A DNA stretch of 52,624 nucleotides, from IMG/VR virus record IMGVR_UViG_3300045738_000739, positions 1 through 52,624 of that record; one strand, written 5' to 3'. Under the pieces are notes generated by a model. The model ran no database searches. It was not told where the DNA came from and saw only the letters and a program-made list of their open reading frames with translations. This document shows positions 17,565 to 28,233 of this stretch, piece after piece (within the stretch, counting starts at the first letter, position 1; each line of letters starts with the position of its first letter). Both the position numbers and the translations under genes were made by a program. Source of the DNA: a virus (taxonomy: Duplodnaviria; Caudoviricetes).

Positions 17565-18224
17565 CTACTCCGAACCTGCGCGGTCAATCCAAAGACTGAT
17601 CACCGCCAATGTTTGCAGCACAATATCGGACTTTAAGTACAAGTTCATGTCGGCATCCTCGTCGCACTGATACCAAATCTCGTCTTGGATGACGGCGTTG
17701 AAGTATTCCTGATTGACATCCTCATTGCCGTGAAGAGGGTACAACCCATACATCACAGGAGGCAGTGTGTTAGGACCGCCGGCAACATTGAACCACGCAT
17801 TGTGCGGCTGCACCTCGATCCGCGTAAACATGAGCGGCGACTCAATCCGAGAAACCACCCCCTGTGGATCGCTAATCTCGAAAGCGTCGATAAGAGGGGT
17901 GTGGATCGAAGCCAGCCGAAGTTCGATCTCGGTGGGTGGGGAGGCTTCCCATAATGCGAAATTGGGATCGGCGACCGGATAGCCAGGATAGAGCTTCAAC
18001 GCGATCTTGCGAAGCCACCCAGCCGTAGGAAGCAGCGGTGGATCAGGCGGTAACGGGCCGCCTCCCGCAATACAGTCCTGAACAGCCTGGGGAAGATCGC
18101 CATACGTTGTAAACGTCCGTGGGCCGTCACGCTGAACGACGTTCGTGAAATCTTGAAACTGCCCGGTGACCGAATCAAAGCCGCCGGTCGTCACCAAATC
18201 AAACCGTTGTAAGGTTTTCGACAT
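17565..18224 (-). CDS. hypothetical virion protein
   Basis: AGGAG RBS before ATG 18224 (MSKTLQRF...). Confidence 0.65.
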   Translation of the reverse strand: MSKTLQRFDLVTTGGFDSVTGQFQDFTNVVQRDGPRTFTTYGDLPQAVQDCIAGGGPLPPDPPLLPTAGWLRKIALKLYPGYPVADPNFALWEASPPTEIELRLASIHTPLIDAFEISDPQGVVSRIESPLMFTRIEVQPHNAWFNVAGGPNTLPPVMYGLYPLHGNEDVNQEYFNAVIQDEIWYQCDEDADMNLYLKSDIVLQTLAVISLWIDRAGSE

Positions 18225-18225
18225 A

Positions 18226-19806
18226 TCATGCTCCTGTGAAGATAACGTCAACGGACTTGATTCGGCACAGCTCGCCCTCGCCGATGATCGTGTTGACCAG
18301 AATGATCGGCGAGCCACCAGTCGTGAAAATCACATCATGGACTCCCGACACTGCTTGCATCACAGCTACGATCTCCGTGACGATTACGTCACCATTGATC
18401 GGCAACGCATTGATGTACCCCAGCACAGCCGATCTGCATCCGTCGATAACAGGCTGTTGCTCGAATCCCGCATCAACCTGAATTGTCGCCTCCAAAGTCA
18501 GTTGAATGATCAGCGGGGGTAAACACTGAACCTGCACGCCGGCTGCACGGAATCCGGGGAACTCTTTCCGGTCGTCAACATCGCCTTCGATGATCTTCTG
18601 GGCCAGTGCCAGCAGCCCTTCGTACCACTGATAGCGGATGGTCACCGCATCACCCGGCTGCAAACCCTCGACCTGTCCTGGCACCGTCCCGTCTGGAATC
18701 CCAGACGGACCATTCGAGATGAGCGTGAGCTTCCCAGATCCGCGATTGATCAGAACATCGTAAGTGCCCGGTGCGTCCACATAGGGGTCGCCCACCACGA
18801 GCAACGTATCCACACCCATGAGCCCACCGACCCACCACGTCACCACAAGCTGCCCACCCGGCACATGCGGTCTGTGGATCGTGTATAGCCTCACCTCGCC
18901 ACCCGATGCGCTCGTCACCACGACTTCGGGATTGAGTCCAGTCGGTGCCATCGTCACTGGGTCGAACTCCAGATTATGCCCCTGGATCTCAGCCGACGTG
19001 CCTGTCCCGTCATCGACGTACAGCAGCACCTCGCCCAGCCGTGGCGGCAGCAGCTCCACCACCGAAGCCACCTGTATGCGTCCGTGCAGGGGTAGAGATG
19101 CCCCTAAAACCGCCGACTCCAAGGCGAACGGAGTTGCCCTACTGAGTGACCGGAGATACGTCTTGACCCGCTCACGCAGCGAAGCATCACTCTCTAGGTC
19201 ACTGCCCCCGGTGATCAACGACGTATTCTTCACGCCATCGACCCCAGCAACGGGGGTCACGAACTTGCTGATGCCGGTCGGACCTCCGGTGTCGTACAGT
19301 GGATCCCAGTCGGGTAGGCCAAGATCAGCCGACAATTTGCCAAGGAACAAAATGTTGCCGATGTCGCCCGGTGCCAGCGCACCCACGGGAACCTCGTCTG
19401 AAGATGTCTGCCCATTGGCGATGAACCCCTCGTCGATTGTCGTGTAACTTTCGCCGCCATCAACTCCGAGTTGTACTCCTTCGGGAATGACGATGCTGCC
19501 GACGTTGCTGGCCCGATAAAAAGTGACCTTACCCGTCGCATTCACGGCGGGTGCCCGACTGATTTCATCCGGGTTAACGTCCGCAGCGCGTGAATCCAGA
19601 TCACTGCCAGTTGCCGTGTCGATGTCCCAGATGTCCTGCATTCGGACCATCTGGTAGTGCAGGTCTTCCAATTCGCGGGCAAACGCAGCGATGATCGTGA
19701 GTAGAACACCACCGTCTTCAAGATCGTTGAGCTTCGTGCGGGCGACAATTCGAGCCGCCATGCGGCGCACGAAGTCGGGGAATGTTTTGGGCTCAAACTT
19801 CGCCAT
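18226..19806 (-). CDS. baseplate J-like wedge protein
   Basis: IDTATGSDLD, ATGKVTF, PGDIGNI, ITGGSDLESDASLRERV, RAAGVQV. Confidence 0.93.
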   Translation of the reverse strand: MAKFEPKTFPDFVRRMAARIVARTKLNDLEDGGVLLTIIAAFARELEDLHYQMVRMQDIWDIDTATGSDLDSRAADVNPDEISRAPAVNATGKVTFYRASNVGSIVIPEGVQLGVDGGESYTTIDEGFIANGQTSSDEVPVGALAPGDIGNILFLGKLSADLGLPDWDPLYDTGGPTGISKFVTPVAGVDGVKNTSLITGGSDLESDASLRERVKTYLRSLSRATPFALESAVLGASLPLHGRIQVASVVELLPPRLGEVLLYVDDGTGTSAEIQGHNLEFDPVTMAPTGLNPEVVVTSASGGEVRLYTIHRPHVPGGQLVVTWWVGGLMGVDTLLVVGDPYVDAPGTYDVLINRGSGKLTLISNGPSGIPDGTVPGQVEGLQPGDAVTIRYQWYEGLLALAQKIIEGDVDDRKEFPGFRAAGVQVQCLPPLIIQLTLEATIQVDAGFEQQPVIDGCRSAVLGYINALPINGDVIVTEIVAVMQAVSGVHDVIFTTGGSPIILVNTIIGEGELCRIKSVDVIFTGA

Positions 19807-19813
19807 ACCTACC

Positions 19814-21655
19814 TCAAATCAAGCTCGTCGGGATGCTGATCCCCTCTGAAACGCCGATCGGAAATGCTGTGACATCGATCTCTACCACATCTTTATCAAT
19901 TGTCGTCTTTGTTTGTCCAACCCTAAGAATCCGAGAATCCTCCAGCACCGCAGCTCGCACTGCGAGCTGGATAGACTGGGATTGCCACCACGGCAGATTC
20001 AGCCCAAGCATCCTCGGCAAGCCGTAGCGCGGAAATAGAGGCATCGTCCCCTGCTCTGTCCAAACCCGCATTTGAGTAGCTTGCACAAGGTTCTCTTTTC
20101 CGCCGACAATTGCGATGTCCCGACCTGTCGAGTGATCGATAGGGATGTCCACCACTGGCCTACCTGGCATCGAATCTACCGTTTCGGTGAGTGCGATATT
20201 CACCCCCCACAGAAGCTCTGGAGATTGTCCACTTTGAGCCCCCATAGTTTTGAGACCTAAAGTCGGGTTCTGCTTCTTAGGGACGATGAGCTTGTCGCCT
20301 GGTTTGATTGTCCCGTTGAGCCCAGTCGCAGTGATGTATGGGTTCTTGAGGTTGTTTGCGAGAACGATAACCTTCCACAAGCCCGCATCGCCGAGATACT
20401 TTTCGGCAAGACTCATAAGCGTATCTGTCGCGCCAAGAGCGATGGTCTCCGCACCGTCGTATTCGGGCAACAAAGAAGAAGTTTGGAATGAGGAAAGGCT
20501 CGACTGGATGTCAGGATTTACTAGCTCACTGGCAGCAAAATTCGCCTTTGCTTGAGCATAAGACGCTGAATCGGTGTTGTCGCCACCGTGCATGAGAGCA
20601 AGCTCCACTCCGTCTGTTGCCGCCATCAGAGCTGAATGGGCTACGCCAAGCGGACTTTCCGAACCCCCCAGTGACTCTCCCGGTGGGAATATCTTATGAA
20701 CTTCCCGGTTGAGGTCGTCTTGCGCTTTCAGCAACTTCAGACCCAAGTCCTCGAAAGACCGGCCCAGGCTCTCACCAGCGTCTTTCATGTTCTTAGTTTG
20801 CTCAGCAAACACAGACAGATTGGTGAAGAAGACCTCGACCCCAGCAAGCATACCGCGCACTGACCCCAACACTGCGCTCGCTGTTAGCGCGGCATCGCCG
20901 AGAATCGCTGTTGCCATCTGCAACCCAGCAGTCACATTCGATAGAAACTGCCCAACTTGGCCGATAATGCTGCCATCTATTGACGGCTGTTCGATCTCAT
21001 CGGCCTCGCCAATGACTTTGAAAGAGATGCTGAACGGATACATCAGTCGCGTCGTGATTTCTCTGGCAATGGAGACAGATTCAGGAACGACGACAAAATG
21101 ATTGCTGTCCTTAAAATTGTGCCAAGTCATCACTGTTTGATTTGCCCACCTCGGGTTTGCCTTCAAGTGGGCATACTTGTCGAAAATGTGATGAATCATT
21201 CGCAACGTCCACTGCGGTCCAGAGAACGGCCCATCAATCGTCGGAAGATGACCCTTCGTAAACTTCACATCCAACGGATGTGTGCTGTCTGATCCGTACT
21301 TCGCCTCTAATCCAAAGTTTCCGCTGATCCTCAGATCAAACGGCCCGTAGCCGGCTTCTTCTGTGTAGATTCCACCTAACGTCGGTGTAACCCGCTGACG
21401 GAAAACGCGCGTAAGATCAAGCCCCTGCGGCTGAACTGGGAAGGTGAATACGGCTGTCTCGCCAAACATGCCTGAGAATACGTCAGTCGGCATCTTCAAA
21501 GCGATGACATACGGGAAACAGCCGGTATATCTATCGTCCTGTTGAATCGCTTGCCGAATGTCTTCGGCGGCACGCGCGAGCACCCCCTTGAGGGGGATCC
21601 CCATCAAGTTCCAGAGTTTGGTTTCACCCCCTTGTGATTCGCCGAGCAAAGGCAT
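19814..21655 (-). CDS. baseplate protein: tube-initiator-like N-terminus + LysM + gp25-like domain
   Basis: DTLMSLAEKYLGDAGLWKVIVLANNLKNP..PGDKLIVP (LysM); GKENLVQA..RVWTEQGTMPLFPRYG (gp25-like). Confidence 0.82.
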   Translation of the reverse strand: MPLLGESQGGETKLWNLMGIPLKGVLARAAEDIRQAIQQDDRYTGCFPYVIALKMPTDVFSGMFGETAVFTFPVQPQGLDLTRVFRQRVTPTLGGIYTEEAGYGPFDLRISGNFGLEAKYGSDSTHPLDVKFTKGHLPTIDGPFSGPQWTLRMIHHIFDKYAHLKANPRWANQTVMTWHNFKDSNHFVVVPESVSIAREITTRLMYPFSISFKVIGEADEIEQPSIDGSIIGQVGQFLSNVTAGLQMATAILGDAALTASAVLGSVRGMLAGVEVFFTNLSVFAEQTKNMKDAGESLGRSFEDLGLKLLKAQDDLNREVHKIFPPGESLGGSESPLGVAHSALMAATDGVELALMHGGDNTDSASYAQAKANFAASELVNPDIQSSLSSFQTSSLLPEYDGAETIALGATDTLMSLAEKYLGDAGLWKVIVLANNLKNPYITATGLNGTIKPGDKLIVPKKQNPTLGLKTMGAQSGQSPELLWGVNIALTETVDSMPGRPVVDIPIDHSTGRDIAIVGGKENLVQATQMRVWTEQGTMPLFPRYGLPRMLGLNLPWWQSQSIQLAVRAAVLEDSRILRVGQTKTTIDKDVVEIDVTAFPIGVSEGISIPTSLI

Positions 21656-22015
21656 CTAGGCCACCGTCCCTGTTCCCGAACCCGACAAATACGTTTCAGC
21701 GGGTGAGGCTCCGACTGCCGTATTCACAACGGTTGTCGTAACGATTGCGTTGGCGATAATATGCTCCATGTGCTTGGTCGCAATCGCCGTGACCATCCCA
21801 TCCAGATGCGTCACCACGCTCTTGCCGATGGCTTCAGCAAGGTTGTCCATCGCGTTCGCCATGTCGCCGTCAGTCCATGCAGGCTCGCCGACAATTGCCT
21901 CCAGCTCGGTCAAAAAGTTCGCTTTCAGCTCTTCTTGCCAAGTCGGTAGCGCAGACGCAAAACCACCGACCGCGCCCCTGACTTCTCCGTCCAATCCTGA
22001 TCCGTTCAACGGCAT
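21656..22015 (-). CDS. small baseplate / spike-associated protein
   Basis: 119-aa ORF ending SGSGTGTVA, between the spike and wedge genes. Confidence 0.6.
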   Translation of the reverse strand: MPLNGSGLDGEVRGAVGGFASALPTWQEELKANFLTELEAIVGEPAWTDGDMANAMDNLAEAIGKSVVTHLDGMVTAIATKHMEHIIANAIVTTTVVNTAVGASPAETYLSGSGTGTVA

Positions 22016-22016
22016 G

Positions 22017-23102
22017 TCATGCTCCTCTCAATGCGTCGGTAAGTAGCGCGGCAAGTTCGTTGAGCGGATCACCGGCTGCGCCCCCACTCAGCGCAGCAAT
22101 TGTCGTCGGTGTCTTCACGAGCGGGATGCCGAACAACGCTGCTGCTGCCGTGATGACTGGTGCCCACTCTGTCAACAGCCCTGCAAGATTCTTGAGAGCT
22201 GAGGCTGTCATAAGTTTCTGAAGCGGAGCCACGACTGGAACCGGGTCTCCCAGCTGAATCGAATCGGGACCACCTCCGGTCACCACGAGTTTTGACAAGA
22301 ACGGCAACAGCTCAATTGCCGCCCCTAGCGTGTTGACCGTGAACGTAACGGTCGGAGCCAAAACTTCCAACGTCGGATCGGGCGAAGGGGTCTCGCTGCC
22401 ATCCGGTAGAACAGTCCCGCCAGTTTGATCTTTGATGCTGACGGTGACCTTCCCGCCATCCTCGACTCCGGTCAGATTACCTCGAATCGTGCGCCGCCAT
22501 TTGTAGTCAGGCATGTCCAACATCGTGGCGACAATTGTCGCCTGCGGATGCGGCAGTTGACCGATGATGATCGGATAGCGAAAATTGTTGTCACGCCATG
22601 TCACGAGAACACAGTCACCGTCACAGCTTGACAGATCAGACGGCTCGCCCTTCGACTCATCCAAATTGAGCAAACCGCTCGTAATGTCCACCGTCGCAGC
22701 TCTTGGCTTCCACAATTCGGTATCCGTAACCCCATGCGAACGGGTCATGACCTGCGCGCCGACAATTGGGCCAACCAAAGAACCCGACCCACAGAAGACA
22801 TCACAGAATATGCCCGACCCACCCGAAGCGTGATCTGTGAGACCCTTTGACTTTGGAGAGCCTGGTGCCGAGATGTCGTCGCCAGTATATGTCGCTATCA
22901 CGAACCCCATCACGACCATCCCAGCCGAATTGAGCGCAGTAGTCGGCAGCCCGCCCTCCTTAGCCGTCGTTCCTGTAGCTGTTGAAGCATCGTACCGTGC
23001 GCCTGGAGTTTTGGTTGCGCCTGCGAAAAGTTCAGGCTGCACTTCGGCAAGTCCGAATGCCGTAGAGCCATACCCAAGATTCAACCTGTAAGGCTTGGTC
23101 AT
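22017..23102 (-). CDS. baseplate central spike (gpV/gp5-like OB fold)
   Basis: GDCVLVTWRDNNFRYPIIIGQLPHP OB-fold motif; follows the hub gene. Confidence 0.75.
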   Translation of the reverse strand: MTKPYRLNLGYGSTAFGLAEVQPELFAGATKTPGARYDASTATGTTAKEGGLPTTALNSAGMVVMGFVIATYTGDDISAPGSPKSKGLTDHASGGSGIFCDVFCGSGSLVGPIVGAQVMTRSHGVTDTELWKPRAATVDITSGLLNLDESKGEPSDLSSCDGDCVLVTWRDNNFRYPIIIGQLPHPQATIVATMLDMPDYKWRRTIRGNLTGVEDGGKVTVSIKDQTGGTVLPDGSETPSPDPTLEVLAPTVTFTVNTLGAAIELLPFLSKLVVTGGGPDSIQLGDPVPVVAPLQKLMTASALKNLAGLLTEWAPVITAAAALFGIPLVKTPTTIAALSGGAAGDPLNELAALLTDALRGA

Positions 23103-24832
23103 GAGTCAGACTCCCCATCCATGTTCTTTGCATCCGGCTGCTTTAACTTTTCGAGTGCGGCTTTTGTCTTCACCTCAGTCTTCGCTATCCACTTTTTCCG
23201 CATAGTCATCAAATCGTCAACACGCTTGTCTTCTGGGTAGCCACGTGTGACCTGCAACTGGGTCTCCCCGGAAGGACTGATCCCGGTGTCCCAAGAATGC
23301 TGAACTGCTTCGACGTAAAACGTCATACACGTCCCGCAGTCGAGCCCATCCTTCTCACCGGAAGGGATCAACGGAAAAAGAGGAGACGGTCCCCCCGTGA
23401 TCACAGCCTTCATGCCGACCCGGATGTCAGGACGACCAGTTGCTAGCGTAATCACCCCGGAATAGTAAAACGGATTGAGAACATTCCAGTCCGTAACCAT
23501 GCCGATCCATTCTTGCGACTCCGTAGCCCAATCCGCCATCCCCCCTTTGCCTGTTTTCGTTGTTGCAAGAAAGTTGCTTTGAAACTCAAGTTGTTTCATC
23601 CCATAAACCGACATGTCTTCAAGGTTCACATGTGGAGGCGATAGTGGGAGGGACATCTGCTGCGACCCATTGGGCGGCTGCACGATGATGTGGATGTGAT
23701 TCACACGGTTGTTGCCACGCGACACGCTGATACCCTTGACCTGAACCAGCGGCACGTCCTTCGGGATAAGCTCAAACCAAGGCGAGCTAGTGCCCTCCTC
23801 CCCGTTAACAAATGGGCGTTCACGAAAGAAGAAAGCCAAGTTTGAATTTGCATCGCCCGGATCATCCGTCACATCGAACCAGCATTCATTCAAAGACGGA
23901 TTTTGATACGTCGTCGCCCACTGCCAGATCGATAACGTCTGCGGTGGCTTGAGCACTTGAGGGTCGTATATGTACCCACGTCCTTCGCTGACGAAGGAGT
24001 CCCAGTCGATGACATCGGCCCATTTTTTGGGCTCGTCGCCGAACAGCCCTTTGGGAACTTTCGGAGGCAACCCGTAACCAAGCCCTGTCCCAGTGCCCAC
24101 TTTGAGCAGCTTTGGAACAATGATCCCACCGGGACCGCTGACCACATAGCCTGGATTCATGTCGTCCGCAGTCATGGCTTGCGCAACAAGCATCCCGTGA
24201 AGATTGGAGTTCAACGCAGTGTCATAAGGATTGAAGTAGCAAGGCGTGTCCATAGCCGCTGCACCGATGTCTCGACCTGAAATCACAACGGTGCTTTGTA
24301 TTGTTCCATGGCCATCCACTGACAGCCCCACAGTAATCTTGTCGATCTTGCCGATCATCACCAGAGAAGTGAACCCTGTGTGCCACATCGCCTCGATCCG
24401 CACCCAGTCTCCGTCCCCTAGAATGTTGTCCCAAGTCGCTCCCGCGTAATCACCAACATTGATGAACGGAAACAGTTCCATCTGCCACGTCCCAACAGGA
24501 TCGGTGATCGATTTAGTTGTCGTGAGCGACTTCAACGACGAGACCAGATTTTCACCAGACGCATCGCCGAAAATTCCCATGCGCCCGGATCCATCCTTAC
24601 CGGCTCCTGTCTTGAAATTTGCCCCTGACCCCATCGCGTCAACTTGACCGGAAACAGAAAAGGCGTCAGAAATCTCTCCCGTATTCGCCATCATCGTGTA
24701 CTCGTATTGTCGGCCAAGAAGTTCTTGTTCAAAAGCAAAGAACGTAATGATCGGAACATTACGGGCATGACCAGACAAACCGAGACCACCAAGGTCTGGT
24801 TTCTCTCGTTTTAACTCTTTGCCTTCCGCCAT
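23099..24832 (-). CDS. baseplate hub protein (gp27-like)
   Basis: follows the tape measure; YYSGVITLATGRPDIRVG...FYVEAVQHSW..GETQLQVTRG. Confidence 0.8.
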   Translation of the reverse strand: MAEGKELKREKPDLGGLGLSGHARNVPIITFFAFEQELLGRQYEYTMMANTGEISDAFSVSGQVDAMGSGANFKTGAGKDGSGRMGIFGDASGENLVSSLKSLTTTKSITDPVGTWQMELFPFINVGDYAGATWDNILGDGDWVRIEAMWHTGFTSLVMIGKIDKITVGLSVDGHGTIQSTVVISGRDIGAAAMDTPCYFNPYDTALNSNLHGMLVAQAMTADDMNPGYVVSGPGGIIVPKLLKVGTGTGLGYGLPPKVPKGLFGDEPKKWADVIDWDSFVSEGRGYIYDPQVLKPPQTLSIWQWATTYQNPSLNECWFDVTDDPGDANSNLAFFFRERPFVNGEEGTSSPWFELIPKDVPLVQVKGISVSRGNNRVNHIHIIVQPPNGSQQMSLPLSPPHVNLEDMSVYGMKQLEFQSNFLATTKTGKGGMADWATESQEWIGMVTDWNVLNPFYYSGVITLATGRPDIRVGMKAVITGGPSPLFPLIPSGEKDGLDCGTCMTFYVEAVQHSWDTGISPSGETQLQVTRGYPEDKRVDDLMTMRKKWIAKTEVKTKAALEKLKQPDAKNMDGESDS

Positions 24833-24843
24833 GCTGACTCCGC

Positions 24844-27303
24844 TTACTTGAAAAGTTTGAAGATGTCTTTCAAGCTCATCCCGCCATCAAGTATCTTGTT
24901 GAAAGCAGCAGTCATTTTCTCAATCTTATCCGTAAGTTTGTTGAGTGCCGGTCCTAACACCTTTTGGACAGCGTTTGACAGATTGAGCATTGTCTTCTGA
25001 AGGGCAACAACCTGCCCTTGAGCCTGCCGACCCGCATCGGCTCGTGCCGCATCGAGACCCGCTGCTGTCCTCATTGTGCTGAGTGCGCTTACCGGACGTG
25101 CCGACTTGCGCATACGCGGGATGATGTCACGTCCGACAGTCGAGATCCCAGCCGCATACTGTTCCGCTCCAGGCTCCCCATAACCGAGAGCATGGCCGGC
25201 TTGGGACATGCTGATGTCACCCATCCCCGGAATCCCCTGGAACCCTTGCTGCATGAACATCGATTGCACAAGCGGAGAAAACCCACCGACTTTATGCTGT
25301 GCGATAAACTTAGCCATGATCTCGTCGGAGCCCAATCCGCCGCCTGCCCTTTGTAGCTTTTGCTTGCCAACAGCCATCCCATGCAAGCCCGTCCCAGGCT
25401 CCCAGCCTGTCGAACGCATAAGAGCAAACTCCATCGGGTTGCTGACACCTCCGCGATAGCCAACCTGTGAGACCCCCGCGCCAAACGACAACGACATCCT
25501 AGAGGCAACTTGACCGGCTACACCCGCGCCTGACAGCCTCAACATAGTTCGCATAAAGCCTGTCGGGTCACCCTTCTCCAAACCTAGTGAATACTGCTTC
25601 TGCATCGCGCCCGCCATATCCTTGAGATATTCAGTCGCCTCAGAATCCCTAAGACCAGATACGACGGCAGCATACAAGGCGCGAGCCATGACATGCCGCG
25701 CGTCCTCACGCTTACCGGCAACCTTCTTCCACGACGGATCATCCTTAGACCCCAAATTGGCATAACGTGTGTCTCGCTGTGTCCCCGTAACTCCTTTCAT
25801 GAACATGCCGGTAGTGCCCATCTCGACACCGTAGCCAGTGTTCATCATCTCAGCAAAATCGTATTGAGATTTGTTTGGACGTTTTCCCAAACCCTGGGCC
25901 TGGCCGAATGCCCGTTGGAGAGCTTCAGGGTTGGTGCGACCCCACCTTCGCCCAACAAGCTCAAGATCAGCAGTGCTTTCGTTGTTTCTGTAGTTTGCAG
26001 CCCAGCGAGCTTGCATGGCGGCACGTCGTGCTGCTGCCGCTGCGTTAACTTTCAGATCCTTATCCGACATATTACTCAGGATCGCCTGGACCTCTTCGGT
26101 GCCTGCTCCTCGATCCCTAGCCGCCCGAACTGCTTGGGCTGCTGGGCCGTCAGGGTCCATGCCCTTTGATGTGAAATACAAGTCGGGAATAGCCTTCGTG
26201 TATTTCTCATTCACCATGTTGGGCACTGTCTTTGTTTTGTTGATCCCGGCTGTTGTCCCGAAGCCCGCTTTTTCGGCTGCTTCTGCCGCGCCACCGAAAA
26301 CGTCAGCAACGGCACCACGAGCCCCTGGGATTCTGTCCAAGATGCGGTCGCCGCCGATGGCCGCCATCGCTGGTGGAGTGAACCCGGAATTTACCCCCAT
26401 TTCGGCGGCTTGGAGATCGCGAGCTAAGCCGCCACCGAAAGAGACCCCGGTGCTCACTTCCCTCGTGCCACGTTGGACACTGCGCGTTCCTTGGCCGCCT
26501 ACGGTGCCAGCATCGCCTACCCCGGCAATAATCGCGGCACGTTGTTTCTTGGTCAAACGAGCCTGTATAGCCGCAAGCTGACTAGCACTGATCTTGGCAT
26601 GAGAAGCGGGTGTAACTCCCAACCGGCCAGCAAACCCGCCAGCACCTCTCCCCCCAAGAAGTGCATAAGTGTCGCGTCGAGCACCTTGGTGCTGTACCCA
26701 ATTTCCGTAATTTTGATGAGCGAACATGAGTGCGCCGCCCATAACTCCACCGACAATTGGAATCGTGCTGAACAATTCAGCCATCGCTTGGCCTGAAGGC
26801 GCAGGCATCTGGTAACTGCGAACACCCTTTGTCCGACGAGATGCACGCGCGAGCAATCCCATCTTGGCTGCGCCGCCACCCGCACCACCACGAGAAGCAC
26901 TCTGCCCGGCATGACCACCGCTGCCAGCAGCTCCACCAGCACCACCGCCAAAGCCGCCACCGCCGAAGCCAGCACCGGGTGCGCCCCCGGCACCACCGCC
27001 AGCCTTTGCCAACCGCTCAAGCTCTCGGCGCAGCGCAGCCGCTTCAGTCTTAGCTTCTCTAAGCGTGTTCTTGAGATTCTTGTATTCGCTGACCCCTTTT
27101 TTGGAGCCGACAATTGCCTCGTTGAGCTTTTTGAACTCACGAATGGTGACTTGAACCTGCTTCGTGAGTTCCGCGAGAGCCTTGTTGAAGTCTCTTGTGG
27201 TATCCCGCTTGAACGTCTTCCGCAGCTTTTGGTCGAGCCTGTTCAGTTCTCGCGCATTGACCTTGATGTCTAGCTGCGTAGTGGTGATTCCGGCACTCGC
27301 CAC
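24844..27303 (-). CDS. tape measure protein
   Basis: 819 aa, Ala/Gly-rich, coiled-coil termini, after the chaperone pair. Confidence 0.8.
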   Translation of the reverse strand: MASAGITTTQLDIKVNARELNRLDQKLRKTFKRDTTRDFNKALAELTKQVQVTIREFKKLNEAIVGSKKGVSEYKNLKNTLREAKTEAAALRRELERLAKAGGGAGGAPGAGFGGGGFGGGAGGAAGSGGHAGQSASRGGAGGGAAKMGLLARASRRTKGVRSYQMPAPSGQAMAELFSTIPIVGGVMGGALMFAHQNYGNWVQHQGARRDTYALLGGRGAGGFAGRLGVTPASHAKISASQLAAIQARLTKKQRAAIIAGVGDAGTVGGQGTRSVQRGTREVSTGVSFGGGLARDLQAAEMGVNSGFTPPAMAAIGGDRILDRIPGARGAVADVFGGAAEAAEKAGFGTTAGINKTKTVPNMVNEKYTKAIPDLYFTSKGMDPDGPAAQAVRAARDRGAGTEEVQAILSNMSDKDLKVNAAAAARRAAMQARWAANYRNNESTADLELVGRRWGRTNPEALQRAFGQAQGLGKRPNKSQYDFAEMMNTGYGVEMGTTGMFMKGVTGTQRDTRYANLGSKDDPSWKKVAGKREDARHVMARALYAAVVSGLRDSEATEYLKDMAGAMQKQYSLGLEKGDPTGFMRTMLRLSGAGVAGQVASRMSLSFGAGVSQVGYRGGVSNPMEFALMRSTGWEPGTGLHGMAVGKQKLQRAGGGLGSDEIMAKFIAQHKVGGFSPLVQSMFMQQGFQGIPGMGDISMSQAGHALGYGEPGAEQYAAGISTVGRDIIPRMRKSARPVSALSTMRTAAGLDAARADAGRQAQGQVVALQKTMLNLSNAVQKVLGPALNKLTDKIEKMTAAFNKILDGGMSLKDIFKLFK

Positions 27304-27306
27304 TTG

Positions 27307-27669
27307 CTACTCCAGTACAGGTGTCATTCCTGCGGCTATCTCACGTTCCCATTTATCGATCTGCGGATCCCCCGTTCGTGCCGCCTCGCTCCAAGGCACT
27401 TTCCCAAGTGTCGGCGGACCCCAGCGGCGATTGCGCTCGATAGTGGTTGTTTCTGGATCTGAATTGTCGTCCGCTGATTTGGGATCAGCGATCTCATCCG
27501 TGAAAACCAGAAACGCCAAAAGTTCGACAACCGTGTAATCCTCGAACTCTCTAGGCGGTTTCCCCGTCTTCTTCCACCAAACCCACGATGTCGCCCAAGA
27601 AATGTCATCAGCTTTCCATCTCGCCTTCGCTACCTGTTTCGGATCCTGTGCCCCAAAACGTAGCCTCAT
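27307..27669 (-). CDS. second tail assembly chaperone (gpT-like), own ATG or frameshift product
   Basis: overlaps the upstream chaperone in the +1 frame; TGDPQIDKWEREIAAG; AGGAGG before ATG 27669. Confidence 0.7.
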   Translation of the reverse strand: MRLRFGAQDPKQVAKARWKADDISWATSWVWWKKTGKPPREFEDYTVVELLAFLVFTDEIADPKSADDNSDPETTTIERNRRWGPPTLGKVPWSEAARTGDPQIDKWEREIAAGMTPVLE

Positions 27670-28201
27670 GCGAGACAACCTCCTTGTAGATCGCCGCCAA
27701 CACGCCTACGTCGCGCACCTCATCAAGATTCTCTGCCCACTCAGGTGTGGCCGATAGGCTGACCGCGAGATGCGCCTGCATCTCCAGCAGCATCCCAGTT
27801 GTTTCATCGAGTGCGGCAGCTGCGACACCACCGGCCATCCGGCTGCGCGTAAGGCCGACCGTAGCGCGCTCACGAATCGTCAGAATGTGCGACGTAAAAG
27901 AACCGGACCAGTGGTAGCCACGACCGTCCGTGTAATCGAGAACGAACGTCTTGGTGGCTTCGACTGTACCGTCCGCACTTTTAGCGTCGTTGTCAGGACC
28001 AGACTTTTTGACTTCCTTCGCCGCTTCTCCCGCAGTCGGTGCATCAACCGGCTTGAGTCCGGTCGTTGTCCCGTTGCCCCCGTTCGCCTTGCTCTTGAGC
28101 TTTGGCTTCTTCGGCGGGTTCTTGCGCCTGCGCTCGGCTCCGATCCCATCGACTTCAGCCTGCGCTGTAACTTCCTCTTCGCTGATCATGTTTGCCTCCA
28201 T
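27608..28201 (-). CDS. tail assembly chaperone (gpG-like)
   Basis: between tube and tape measure; AHLAVSLSATPEWAENL...LAAIYKEV. Confidence 0.75.
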   Translation of the reverse strand: MEANMISEEEVTAQAEVDGIGAERRRKNPPKKPKLKSKANGGNGTTTGLKPVDAPTAGEAAKEVKKSGPDNDAKSADGTVEATKTFVLDYTDGRGYHWSGSFTSHILTIRERATVGLTRSRMAGGVAAAALDETTGMLLEMQAHLAVSLSATPEWAENLDEVRDVGVLAAIYKEVVSHEATFWGTGSETGSEGEMES

Positions 28202-28233
28202 GCAACATGGACGATCTCAATTGTCGTCCGGTT

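Noticed and set aside
26870-27005. Gly-rich low-complexity tract in the tape measure; poly-Glu tracts at 7427-7459 and 36858-36880
   Set aside because: These are ordinary flexible or acidic linkers.
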